DNA from: Candidatus Saccharimonadota bacterium
GTDB taxonomy: Bacteria > Patescibacteriota > Saccharimonadia > Saccharimonadales > UBA4665
Length of the DNA: 32,000 bases
Assembly (NCBI GenBank): GCA_016699935.1
Contig: CP064992.1
Coordinates: 510,001-542,000, forward strand
Direction: 5' to 3'
Shown piece by piece: positions 8,695 to 16,653 of this stretch (positions are counted from its first letter, which is position 1; the number at the start of each line of letters is the position of its first letter). The notes under the pieces were generated by a model. That model saw only the letters and a list, made by a program, of their open reading frames with translations, searched no databases and was not told where the DNA came from. The position numbers and the translations under genes were made by a program.

Positions 8695-10518
8695 ATGGAC
8701 GAACAGCAAAAACAACTCGTCGCGAAGCTCAAAGACGCTCAAAACGTCTTAGTGACTGTCAGTAAAAATCCTTCAGTAGACCAGCTGGCGGCCGCTATCG
8801 GTTTAACGCTGGCGCTCAACAAACTCGACAAACACGCCACGGCTGTTTACAGCGGCCAGACTCCAAGTACCATCGAGTTTTTGAAGCCGGAAGAAACACT
8901 GGAATCGAACACCGATAGTCTCCGGGATTTCATCATTGCGCTCGATAAATCCAAGGCTGACAAGCTGCGCTATAAGGTTGAAGACCAAGTCGTTCGGATT
9001 TTTATAACACCATACCGGACGTCCATTTCCGAAAATGACCTAGAGTTTAGCCAGGGTGACTTTAACGTTGACGTCGTTATTGCATTAGGTGTGAAAGAAC
9101 AGACAGATCTTGACGAAGCAATTAGTGCTCATGGACGTATTTTGCATGACGCAACGGTATCGACTGTTTCTATAGACGGTCAGTCGGAGCTCGGCACACT
9201 AAACATCACCGATACGAACGCAAGTAGCTTGTGTGAATTGGCCACAAGGCTAGTGGCTGATCTTGGCAAAGATATTCTTGACGCCCAAATAGCAACAGCA
9301 TTACTGACCGGTATTGTTGCCATGACCGACCGGTTTAGCAATGACCGGACAACACCAGACACAATGAGCCTGAGCGCAACACTTATGTCGGCCGGGGCAA
9401 ACCAGCAGTTAATTGCAAACGAACTGGCTGAACCTCTTCGCGCTCCACAGTCCATCGATGCATCGCCTGCCGATGAAAGCACGGTACCGCAGAAAGACCC
9501 TGGTACTCTTGAAATTAATCATGTTCAAGATGCTTCCGAAGCTCTGTCTAAAGATGTAATACCGTCAGAGCTGCTAGAGTCCGACTTTGGTGTACAAGAT
9601 GAGGCCGGTACTGAACCGCAGGCACCTGAGTCGCCACAAATTCACGTGGACGAGAATGGTAAGATTGTATTTTCTCCAGAAACAGAAACAGAAACCGAAA
9701 CCGACACACGTATCGGCAAGGCTCGTGCAGTCGGCGAGGGGGGTATGCCAGAAGATAACGAAGACCCATTGGCTACAAGAGAACGTATGATTGAGCCTCC
9801 GTCTCGCTCGGGTGATTTAACGGCGAATACGAAGCGAGAAGAGCTTGATGCGTCAACCGAGGAGCTTACATTGCCGCCGCTTGATACACCAATGCTATCT
9901 CACGACGACACGGCAATAACGCTTCCAGAATTATCATCTCCGCCAGAGCCTGTGTTGCCCCCGACGTCTGAGATTATTACACCCCAGCTAAGTGCGGTTG
10001 AAACGCCAACCCCGGTTGTGGATGCCACTGCCACACCTTCAGATACGTTCGACGAACAGGTAATTGATACAGAGGAACAAACACTCACAGATATTGAAAA
10101 AGCAGTTGGAAGCTCGCATGCCCAAGAAAGTGTCTCTGTGCCTGACGACGGGAATAGCATCAATGATGCTCGCAGTGCTGTCGAGGCTGCCTTAGCTTCG
10201 GCCGGGTCTCAGGCACCGCTTTCCCCAATTACCGCCTTGAACGCGCAACCGCTTGGCGAGGATTTGCACACACCTCCTTCAGATCAGTCGCATTTTCAGC
10301 CAGCTCCAGGGTTTGCGGCACCACCGATATTAGCCGAGGCTCTTCCGGGTGATACGCCAGCCGACCAAACACTTGACATGCCTCTGCCAGCTTCATCTGA
10401 CACTGTCTTCCAGCCTCAAATGCCTGTGGGTTCTACAACTCAGCCACAGCAAAAGATACAGGGCTACCGGCTGCTCCGTCAGTTCCACCTCCCCAATTTT
10501 CCCCAACGTATAAACTAA
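8695..10518 (+). CDS. degenerate DHH/NrnA-like N-terminal domain fused to a long acidic Pro/Thr/Glu-rich tail
   Basis: The N-terminal 240 aa follow the NrnA layout (..NVLVTVSKNPSVDQLAAAIGLTLAL.., ..FNVDVVIALG.., ..SIDGQSELG..NASSLCELA..). However, the metal-binding His/Asp of motif I and the DHH triad (here DGQ) are replaced. Residues from about 250 to 607 are low-complexity (ETETETETDT, PPEPVLPP..). Confidence 0.45.
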   Translation: MDEQQKQLVAKLKDAQNVLVTVSKNPSVDQLAAAIGLTLALNKLDKHATAVYSGQTPSTIEFLKPEETLESNTDSLRDFIIALDKSKADKLRYKVEDQVVRIFITPYRTSISENDLEFSQGDFNVDVVIALGVKEQTDLDEAISAHGRILHDATVSTVSIDGQSELGTLNITDTNASSLCELATRLVADLGKDILDAQIATALLTGIVAMTDRFSNDRTTPDTMSLSATLMSAGANQQLIANELAEPLRAPQSIDASPADESTVPQKDPGTLEINHVQDASEALSKDVIPSELLESDFGVQDEAGTEPQAPESPQIHVDENGKIVFSPETETETETDTRIGKARAVGEGGMPEDNEDPLATRERMIEPPSRSGDLTANTKREELDASTEELTLPPLDTPMLSHDDTAITLPELSSPPEPVLPPTSEIITPQLSAVETPTPVVDATATPSDTFDEQVIDTEEQTLTDIEKAVGSSHAQESVSVPDDGNSINDARSAVEAALASAGSQAPLSPITALNAQPLGEDLHTPPSDQSHFQPAPGFAAPPILAEALPGDTPADQTLDMPLPASSDTVFQPQMPVGSTTQPQQKIQGYRLLRQFHLPNFPQRIN

Positions 10519-10551
10519 CCCGAAATCGACATAACATATCAAGTTCTTTAA

Positions 10552-10672
10552 ACCTGAGTCTCAAAACCGTCTCCACTTGTACTTGTGTCATTCCCATGAA
10601 GGCGGGAATCCATTTCATATATCTGGATCCCAGCCTTCGCTGGGATGACATCGTGGGGGTTTGAGATTCAGG
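10552..10672. mobile_element. 121-bp MITE-like element, copy 1 (double-hairpin core, imperfect terminal inverted repeats, 7-bp TSD)
   Basis: The terminal repeats are cctgagtctcaaaac and gtttgagattcagg. The core hairpins are gtcattcccatgaaggcgggaatcc (10587-10611) and ggatcccagccttcgctgggatgac (10625-10649). TCTTTAA flanks both sides at 10545-10551 and 10673-10679. The element is about 90% identical to copy 2. Confidence 0.8.
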
Positions 10673-10805
10673 TCTTTAAGGGAAGGGTTCCCAACCCCTA
10701 AAGGCAATGCTATCGCTTGCTAGCACCTTTGGTGCTTCACAATTCTGATAGTGTCGCTTAAATCGAGCTGGGGTTAAATAAATCGAACATGATACGCTAG
10801 GAGTC

Positions 10806-11489
10806 ATGCAGGGAATAATCCTTATTGACAAGCCGACTGGCTGGACGAGCTTTGACGTGGTTAATTATGTGCGGAAGATGGTAGCGCAGGCTGAAGGAAA
10901 AAAGCCAAAAAACTGCAAAGTTGGCCACACTGGTACGCTTGATCCTCTGGCGACGGGCCTGTTAGTGATTTTGGTTGGCAGAGACTACACACGTCGAGCC
11001 GCTGAACTGAGCAAGCACGATAAGACCTATGAGGTCTCGATAAAACTAGGAGAAGTATCAACCACTGGCGATAATGAAGGGGAGAAGACCTCTGTTAATT
11101 CTCGCGTCCCAAGTGAAAAAGAGGTTGCAGAAGCTCTTCGGAAATTTACTGGACAAATCATGCAAACGCCGCCAGCTTATTCGGCAATAAAAATTAACGG
11201 GCAGAAGTCATACGATTTGGCGCGGAAGGGCAAAGTGGTAAAACTCGAGCCACGCCCAGTGACTATCTATGCAATACGAAACATTGAATATGCATATCCA
11301 CACGTGAGCTTCACGTGCGATGTTAGCAGCGGCACGTATATTCGCTCACTCGCAGAAGATGTTGGCGCGCAACTTACCACGGGCGCGTATATGTCTAGTT
11401 TGCGACGAACGAGAGTTGGGCAATACGACCTTGCGCAAGCGGTGACAGTAACAACAGAAAACCTCGTTGCGCAATTGTTCGAAATCTGA
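10806..11489 (+). CDS. truB: tRNA pseudouridine(55) synthase TruB
   Basis: The sequence GIILIDKPTGWTSFDVV..KVGHTGTLDPLATGLLVILVG contains the catalytic Asp motif. The ..GTYIRSLAEDVG motif is also present. Confidence 0.9.
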   Translation: MQGIILIDKPTGWTSFDVVNYVRKMVAQAEGKKPKNCKVGHTGTLDPLATGLLVILVGRDYTRRAAELSKHDKTYEVSIKLGEVSTTGDNEGEKTSVNSRVPSEKEVAEALRKFTGQIMQTPPAYSAIKINGQKSYDLARKGKVVKLEPRPVTIYAIRNIEYAYPHVSFTCDVSSGTYIRSLAEDVGAQLTTGAYMSSLRRTRVGQYDLAQAVTVTTENLVAQLFEI

Positions 11490-11498
11490 GCATAAGCG

Positions 11499-11528
11499 TT
11501 GACATGATAGGCAATAGCGTTTTATGAT
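11499..11528 (+). promoter_or_regulatory. sigma70-type promoter of the tail-fibre-like operon (TTGACA-18-TATGAT)
   Basis: TTGACA lies at 11499-11504 and TATGAT at 11523-11528. It sits 10 nt after the truB stop. A leader of about 50 nt with an AGAGGGA Shine-Dalgarno precedes the ATG at 11587. Confidence 0.55.
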
Positions 11529-11586
11529 ACAGGTAACGTATTACGCGTGTAGGTACATAATTTAAAAGCAAAAGAGGGACGAGCAT

Positions 11587-12876
11587 ATGGCATCACGATT
11601 ACCAACACCAGGCGGAGACGATGGTACTTGGGGGGCAATCCTCAACGATTATCTTGCGCAAGCTCATAAAACCGACGGCACACTAAAAGACGATGTTGTC
11701 ACTGCGGCAGCATTAGCTCCAGGTGCTGTGACGGCTACAGGGGTTGCTGACGCAACTATTTCCGAGGCTAAGCTAGACGGGGCATTGCAGGCAAAGGTGA
11801 ATGGTTTGGGTGGTGGCGGTTCTCTAACCTTGTCTGGTGACGTCACTGGGCTAAGTACAGCAACAGTAGTCGCCAAGGTCAATGGAGTAACTGTATCTGG
11901 TACCCCAGCAGCTGGACAAGTTCTAAAAGCTACCAGTGCCTCAGCAGCAACCTGGCAAGCAGATGACACTGGCAGTGGTGCGGTCACGAGTGTTGCCGGT
12001 AGGACTGGTGCAGTTACACTTACGAAGACAGATGTTGGACTAGGTAATGTTGATAATACATCAGATGCGGCTAAGCCGGTTTCGACATTGGTTCAAACAG
12101 CCCTCAATTCAAAAGCAGACGATAGTGCAGCAGTGCACAACACTGGCGCTGAAACAGTTGCTGGTGTTAAGACCTTCTCAAGCTCTCCTGTTGTGCCAAC
12201 TCCTACGACGAACACTCAAGCGGCCAATAAATCATACGTTGACGGCGTAGCCGGTTCCGGTGCGCCAGATGCGTCAGCATCTACAAAGGGCATCGTACAG
12301 CTTACTGGTGATCTTGGTGGTAGCGCTACGGCGCCAACTGTACCGGGACTTGCTGGCAAGGCAAATACCAGCCATACCCACGCAGCAGCAGACATTACAT
12401 CTGGCACAATCGCGTCGGCTCGACTAGGTTCTGGCACAGCCAATGGTACAACGTACCTGCGCGGTGACGGCACCTGGGCAGCCGTATCAGGCGGCGTAGG
12501 TGGTGTCGCGGTTACTGGCACCCCGAGCGCTGGGCAAGTCCTAAAAGCGACGAGTCCAACCGATGCTACTTGGGCTGCTGATGCTACAGGAAGCGGGTAC
12601 ACATGGAATTTCCGAAGCATTTCAGCTGATGATACTGCAGCAGATGGCGACTACATGCTTGTTGATACTAGTGGATCTGGCGTTACGGTTACATTACCTG
12701 CACCTGTGAGTGGTGCTGCGGTACGTGTTAAACGAATGACTGCCGGTTCAAATAGTGTGCAAATAGTGCCCCAAAGTGGTCTAATTGACGGATCGGGTGT
12801 TGGATCTCATGTTCTCGGCAACCAATGGGATGCTATGGAATTTGTTAGCAATGGTACGAACTGGTACAGAGGATAA
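11587..12876 (+). CDS. phage tail-fibre / minor-tail-like repeat protein (429 aa)
   Basis: The motifs are LPTPGGDDGTWGAILNDYL (N-terminus), SVAGRTGAVTLTKTDVGLGNVDNTSDAAKPVS, KGIVQLTGDLGG, HTHAAADITSGTIASARLG and YLRGDGTWA. All of these are typical of phage fibre or minor-tail proteins. It is Gly/Thr/Ala-rich and has no signal peptide. The C-terminal 70 aa are paralogous to the C-terminus of the 603-aa ORF. Confidence 0.75.
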   Translation: MASRLPTPGGDDGTWGAILNDYLAQAHKTDGTLKDDVVTAAALAPGAVTATGVADATISEAKLDGALQAKVNGLGGGGSLTLSGDVTGLSTATVVAKVNGVTVSGTPAAGQVLKATSASAATWQADDTGSGAVTSVAGRTGAVTLTKTDVGLGNVDNTSDAAKPVSTLVQTALNSKADDSAAVHNTGAETVAGVKTFSSSPVVPTPTTNTQAANKSYVDGVAGSGAPDASASTKGIVQLTGDLGGSATAPTVPGLAGKANTSHTHAAADITSGTIASARLGSGTANGTTYLRGDGTWAAVSGGVGGVAVTGTPSAGQVLKATSPTDATWAADATGSGYTWNFRSISADDTAADGDYMLVDTSGSGVTVTLPAPVSGAAVRVKRMTAGSNSVQIVPQSGLIDGSGVGSHVLGNQWDAMEFVSNGTNWYRG

Positions 12877-12890
12877 AGGGGATATAGGAC

Positions 12891-13385
12891 ATGCCATTTA
12901 CATCAAACGGAGCCAACCTATACAACGCACAAGACGTATATATCACTAACGTCGCCCAAGACGAAATATTAAAATATAACGGTGGCACAGCCAAGTGGAA
13001 CAATATAAATCCTGTTGGTTTTGCGGCACTAGCAAACAAGGGCGGCCTAGAGAGCTCGTCAGCAACTTCCGGTTCAAATATTGCTGTTGATCTGAATAGC
13101 GGCAACGTGCACCATCGGACACTGACAGGTGCTGGGGCAACAGCTACTTTTACTATTAGTAATGTTCCGGCGGTGACATCAACAGCTGTGTCATTTACGC
13201 TTTATGTCGTTCAGGGAGCTACACTTAAAACTGTAAACTGGAATTCAAGCGTGACCGTTAAGTGGGCAGGCGGTACCGCACCGACATTGACACAAACGTC
13301 GGGCGCAACCGATGTGTTTGTTTTCGAAAAGATTGATGGTATTTCGGGGTGGTTTGGATCACTCGTGGGAAGTAATTTCTCATAG
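12891..13385 (+). CDS. small tail-associated-like protein (164 aa) sharing the N-terminal module of the next ORF
   Basis: MPFTSNGANLYNAQDVYITNVAQDEILKYNGGTAKWNN aligns with MPFTGSGTGIQNANDIYFTLLAQNHVLRYNGTTAKWNN in the next ORF. The C-terminal beta-rich part ..VNWNSSVTVKWAGGTAPTLTQTSGATDVFVFEKIDGISGWFG resembles a small domain common in phage proteins. Confidence 0.6.
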   Translation: MPFTSNGANLYNAQDVYITNVAQDEILKYNGGTAKWNNINPVGFAALANKGGLESSSATSGSNIAVDLNSGNVHHRTLTGAGATATFTISNVPAVTSTAVSFTLYVVQGATLKTVNWNSSVTVKWAGGTAPTLTQTSGATDVFVFEKIDGISGWFGSLVGSNFS

Positions 13386-13441
13386 ACAACTCATAGTAAT
13401 TAATCATTTTTTAAGCATCATCACGAGCAGAAGGAAGGTCC

Positions 13442-15253
13442 ATGCCATTTACGGGATCTGGAACGGGCATACAAAATGCAAATGATATTTACTTCACTTT
13501 GCTTGCACAAAATCATGTTCTTCGTTATAACGGAACAACCGCTAAATGGAATAACGTCTCGCTTGTTGTTGGTACTGCAGATCTTGCCAACGACTCAGTT
13601 ACTGAACCGAAACTAGCGATATCTAATAGCCCGACTTTAAACCAAGTGCTTCGCTGGAATGGCACCGATCTGGAGTGGGTGACTATTTCTTATGAACCAA
13701 CTATCTCTACCGGCACCATTGCGCAATACTGGCGTGGTGATAAATCCTGGCAAACACTCGATAAAACCGTTGTCGGACTTGCAAATGTTGACAATACTTC
13801 AGATAGTACCAAAAATGCTGCTACAGCCACTCTTACGAACAAGACAATATCTGGTGCAACAAACACACTGTCCAACATCCCACAATCAGCAGTTACCAGT
13901 CTGACGACCGATTTAGCTGCAAAAGTCCCTCTTTCTACTGCAACGACAAAAGGGGATATCCTAGTATCAACCGGCGCTGGTGCTCTTTCTCGATTGGGTG
14001 TTGGAGCGAATAATTTTGTACTTACAGCAGATAGCGCACAAGCAACAGGGGTAAAATGGGCTACAGTTTCTGGGGCATTTGAGCCAACCATCACCGCTGG
14101 CACGATTGCGCAATACTGGAGGGGTGATAAATCCTGGCAAACACTCGATAAAACCGCTGTTGGGCTTGCTAATGCCGATAATACCGCTGACATCTCTAAA
14201 AACGTTCTAAGTGCGACAAAACTTACTACGGCACGAACAATAAATGGAGTTAGTTTTGATGGCTCTGCCAACATTACGGTAGCCGATAACGCAAAACTAG
14301 CATTATCTACTGTGACAACTAAAGGTGACATTGTTGCGGCTACTGGGTCTTCGACTTTGACTAGACTTGGTGTTGGCACTGACGGACAAGTTCTTACTGC
14401 GGATAGTTTACAGGCATCTGGAATCAAATGGTCAACACCTGCAACTGCGCCTGTTACTAGTGTCGCTGGTAGAACGGGAATAGTATCGCTTACCAAGTCT
14501 GACGTTGGTCTTGGTAATGTTGACAATACTGCAGATGCAAGTAAACCTATTTCTACTGCAACTCAAACAGCGCTTGATCTTAAAGTTGATGAGACTATAT
14601 CTGTAAGTGGCGGTACTTCGCTTACAGGCGGAGGTGTTTTAACTGCAAATCGCACACTGACACTGCTAAACGATTCTGCAACGCCCGGAAATAGCATGTA
14701 CTACGGTACTAATGGCACAGGTACCAAAGGCTTTTACGCCATCCCAACAGGTGATCCTACTATGGGTGGTGATCTAAGCGGAACAGCTTCAAATGCCCAG
14801 CTTGGTACGGGAGTTGTTGGTACGACTGAGCTAGCGGCGACAGGAGTGACTACGGCAAAGATTGCCGATAGTGCTATTACAGAGCCAAAATTAGCTATGA
14901 ATAACAGCCCAGCCGCTGGAAAAGTCATCGGCTGGGATGGTTCGAGTATGACCTGGACAGTAGGTTATGCTTATACACGAGTAAATGTTACAGGAACCCC
15001 CGGGACTTACACAGCAAACATATTTGATTATATCTTTGCTGATGCGACATCTGGCGGTATAACAATCACGTTACCAGCCCCTCAACTCAATTCCTTTGTG
15101 CGAATAAAGAGGATTTCGAGCGGTTCAAACGGTGTCCAGGTAGTTGCGCCAAATGGTTCATTTATAGACGGTAGCGGCGTCGGCTCCGACGTACTCGGTA
15201 GTCAATACGATAGTCGCGAGTACTGGAGCGATGGTACGAACTGGTATCGCTAG
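13442..15253 (+). CDS. phage tail-fibre-like repeat protein (603 aa) with an internal duplication
   Basis: The module EPTI(S/T)xGTIAQYWRGDKSWQTLDKT(V/A)VGLAN(V/A)DNT(S/A)D occurs twice, with a 34-nt identical DNA core at about 13735 and 14123. It also has TTKGDI(L/V)..LxRLGVG..VLTADS twice, SVAGRTGIVSLTKSDVGLGNVDNTADASKPIS, and a C-terminal domain shared with the 429-aa ORF. Confidence 0.75.
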   Translation: MPFTGSGTGIQNANDIYFTLLAQNHVLRYNGTTAKWNNVSLVVGTADLANDSVTEPKLAISNSPTLNQVLRWNGTDLEWVTISYEPTISTGTIAQYWRGDKSWQTLDKTVVGLANVDNTSDSTKNAATATLTNKTISGATNTLSNIPQSAVTSLTTDLAAKVPLSTATTKGDILVSTGAGALSRLGVGANNFVLTADSAQATGVKWATVSGAFEPTITAGTIAQYWRGDKSWQTLDKTAVGLANADNTADISKNVLSATKLTTARTINGVSFDGSANITVADNAKLALSTVTTKGDIVAATGSSTLTRLGVGTDGQVLTADSLQASGIKWSTPATAPVTSVAGRTGIVSLTKSDVGLGNVDNTADASKPISTATQTALDLKVDETISVSGGTSLTGGGVLTANRTLTLLNDSATPGNSMYYGTNGTGTKGFYAIPTGDPTMGGDLSGTASNAQLGTGVVGTTELAATGVTTAKIADSAITEPKLAMNNSPAAGKVIGWDGSSMTWTVGYAYTRVNVTGTPGTYTANIFDYIFADATSGGITITLPAPQLNSFVRIKRISSGSNGVQVVAPNGSFIDGSGVGSDVLGSQYDSREYWSDGTNWYR

Positions 15254-15271
15254 GAAGAATAGGAGGTTCTA

Positions 15272-16444
15272 GTGAGTAGATATGCCAGCAGAGTACGACG
15301 GGCTATTCAGCAAACTAGCACCAGTGAGGGAACGATTTTTGGTTTCAACTCGTCGCAAACAGACCCAGATCGTGTTTTAAAAATGAACTGGTGGGGGCGC
15401 CAACCTTGCGGGCGGCAATACTACAGTACTTCGTCGCTTCCGTCTAACGGTAACGGTTTTTTGCCTGGTGGGCGCGAGTACAAGTGCGCCGGACTTGATG
15501 TTGCTGGCCTAGTTTCATCACGTCGAGTCAACTCTTGTTTCAAATTTGACCCGGGAACAATCACGACGACGAGCTCGCCAAAAGCGGTTGAGGTGTACGA
15601 TTATGTTCGTTCGATTCCAGCTGGCTGGCGCATTTATCTGACTTATCATGAGTACAACCCTGAAATCGTCGATGGAACATACACAGCGGCAGATTTTCGT
15701 AGGGCTTTTCAGATATTGGCGGCTCGGGCGTGGGATGCAACCCAGTTAAACAAGCAAGAGGGCAAAGGCGAAGGTATATTCGTCATAAATATTGCAGGTT
15801 CTGGCCTGGCCGGTAGCTCATGGGATGATTCGTATGCTCCAGCTGCGAGCACGATGCCGCCCAACTGCCAGTTTTGGTCTGACGCGTATGATAACCCTAG
15901 GGGTGTGCCGAGTAATTACAAAGGCTATGGCACTACATACGGCAATATTGGTCCGGTTATCCTTGATGATGTCTATGATACAGCCGAGCGTCTTGGTTAT
16001 CTCGATAATAGCGATGGCGGCACGCGAGGCTGGGGTATTGGTGAGTTTTGTTCACCGCGCCGCGTCGCACCAGCCCTCGCGACCCTCAATACTACGTTAG
16101 GCTGGGGCCCGCTTTCACCCAACGATATTTCTGGCGCTGGTCAAGCTCAGGCCATCACCAATTACGCGAACTACTGCTTGGGCACACCAGCTCGACCAAT
16201 TCCGGCAAAAGTCGTGCTGCTGTGGACTATAAGCTCGGGCAATAACTGGAATCAAGCCTTTACATCTGCCGGCACTCCTGAGTGGGACGCGTGGGTCGAT
16301 GGATCGAATGTGCTACAGACAACTAAACTAGACGATCTAGTGGGTTTGACACCACACCCAACGCTCCACCAGGGCTGGCCGATTACCGTTGATGAAACTT
16401 TACCTGTCGCTGCCTACCAAACATTTATTGATATGAGTGCCTAG
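15272..16444 (+). CDS. putative clan GH-A (GH26/GH5-like) glycoside hydrolase
   Basis: The gene has a GTG start 5 nt after an AGGAGG Shine-Dalgarno. ..IYLTYHEYNPE fits a candidate acid/base (GH26-style HE.N) and ..RGWGIGEFCS fits a candidate nucleophile (GEF), with about 130 aa between them. It is the last gene of the operon. The assignment is by motif only. Confidence 0.4.
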   Translation: MSRYASRVRRAIQQTSTSEGTIFGFNSSQTDPDRVLKMNWWGRQPCGRQYYSTSSLPSNGNGFLPGGREYKCAGLDVAGLVSSRRVNSCFKFDPGTITTTSSPKAVEVYDYVRSIPAGWRIYLTYHEYNPEIVDGTYTAADFRRAFQILAARAWDATQLNKQEGKGEGIFVINIAGSGLAGSSWDDSYAPAASTMPPNCQFWSDAYDNPRGVPSNYKGYGTTYGNIGPVILDDVYDTAERLGYLDNSDGGTRGWGIGEFCSPRRVAPALATLNTTLGWGPLSPNDISGAGQAQAITNYANYCLGTPARPIPAKVVLLWTISSGNNWNQAFTSAGTPEWDAWVDGSNVLQTTKLDDLVGLTPHPTLHQGWPITVDETLPVAAYQTFIDMSA

Positions 16445-16543
16445 CTTTATTGCATAAAAATCTATGGACCATCTTTGGTGAGTATATGTATTACAGTCGA
16501 GTGCTATTTGTACGTTTACAAGATTTGAGAAAAGACGGGCCTG

Positions 16544-16572
16544 TTGCAATAGAGGTGGAGATCTGATATACT
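16544..16572 (+). promoter_or_regulatory. rpsO promoter (TTGCAA-17-TATACT)
   Basis: TTGCAA lies at 16544-16549 and TATACT at 16567-16572. A leader of about 75 nt contains a GGAAGGA Shine-Dalgarno. Confidence 0.5.
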
Positions 16573-16653
16573 CTTTGTTAACGCCATCAGTAATCTCTAA
16601 GTAAACTAAGTTTGAGTTTTGGAAAACTAAGGAAGGAACAGTAGTAAACGCGC

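Noticed and set aside
10433-10651. ORFs translated from the hairpin repeats (10433-10651, 24215-24556 and 24403-24642, minus strand)
   Set aside because: Their sequences (..WIPAFMGMT.., ..VIPAKAGIQIYEMDSRLRGND..) are simply translations of the GTCATTCC..GGAATCC and GGATCCCAGC.. hairpins. They start or end inside MITE-like elements.
13694-14200. Diversity-generating retroelement (template/variable repeat pair) in the fibre gene
   Set aside because: Both repeat copies are inside the same ORF and the differences are not restricted to adenines. No reverse transcriptase gene is in the window. It reads as an ordinary domain duplication.
13690-14526. Long antisense ORFs (13690-14526, 12216-12620, 11664-11987, 21391-22392, 18846-19313, 18932-19465, 25666-26076, 26129-26692, all on the opposite strand to the genes I call)
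   Set aside because: They lie entirely opposite recognisable genes (fibre proteins, rnj, pnp, ftsK). Their composition is odd (Cys/His/Trp- or Ser/Pro/Ala-rich) and they have no recognisable motifs, so they are shadow frames.
11499-16444. Intact prophage or tailocin
   Set aside because: Only fibre-like and hydrolase-like genes are present. There is no capsid, portal, terminase, sheath, tube, baseplate, integrase, holin or att repeat, and housekeeping genes sit directly on both flanks.
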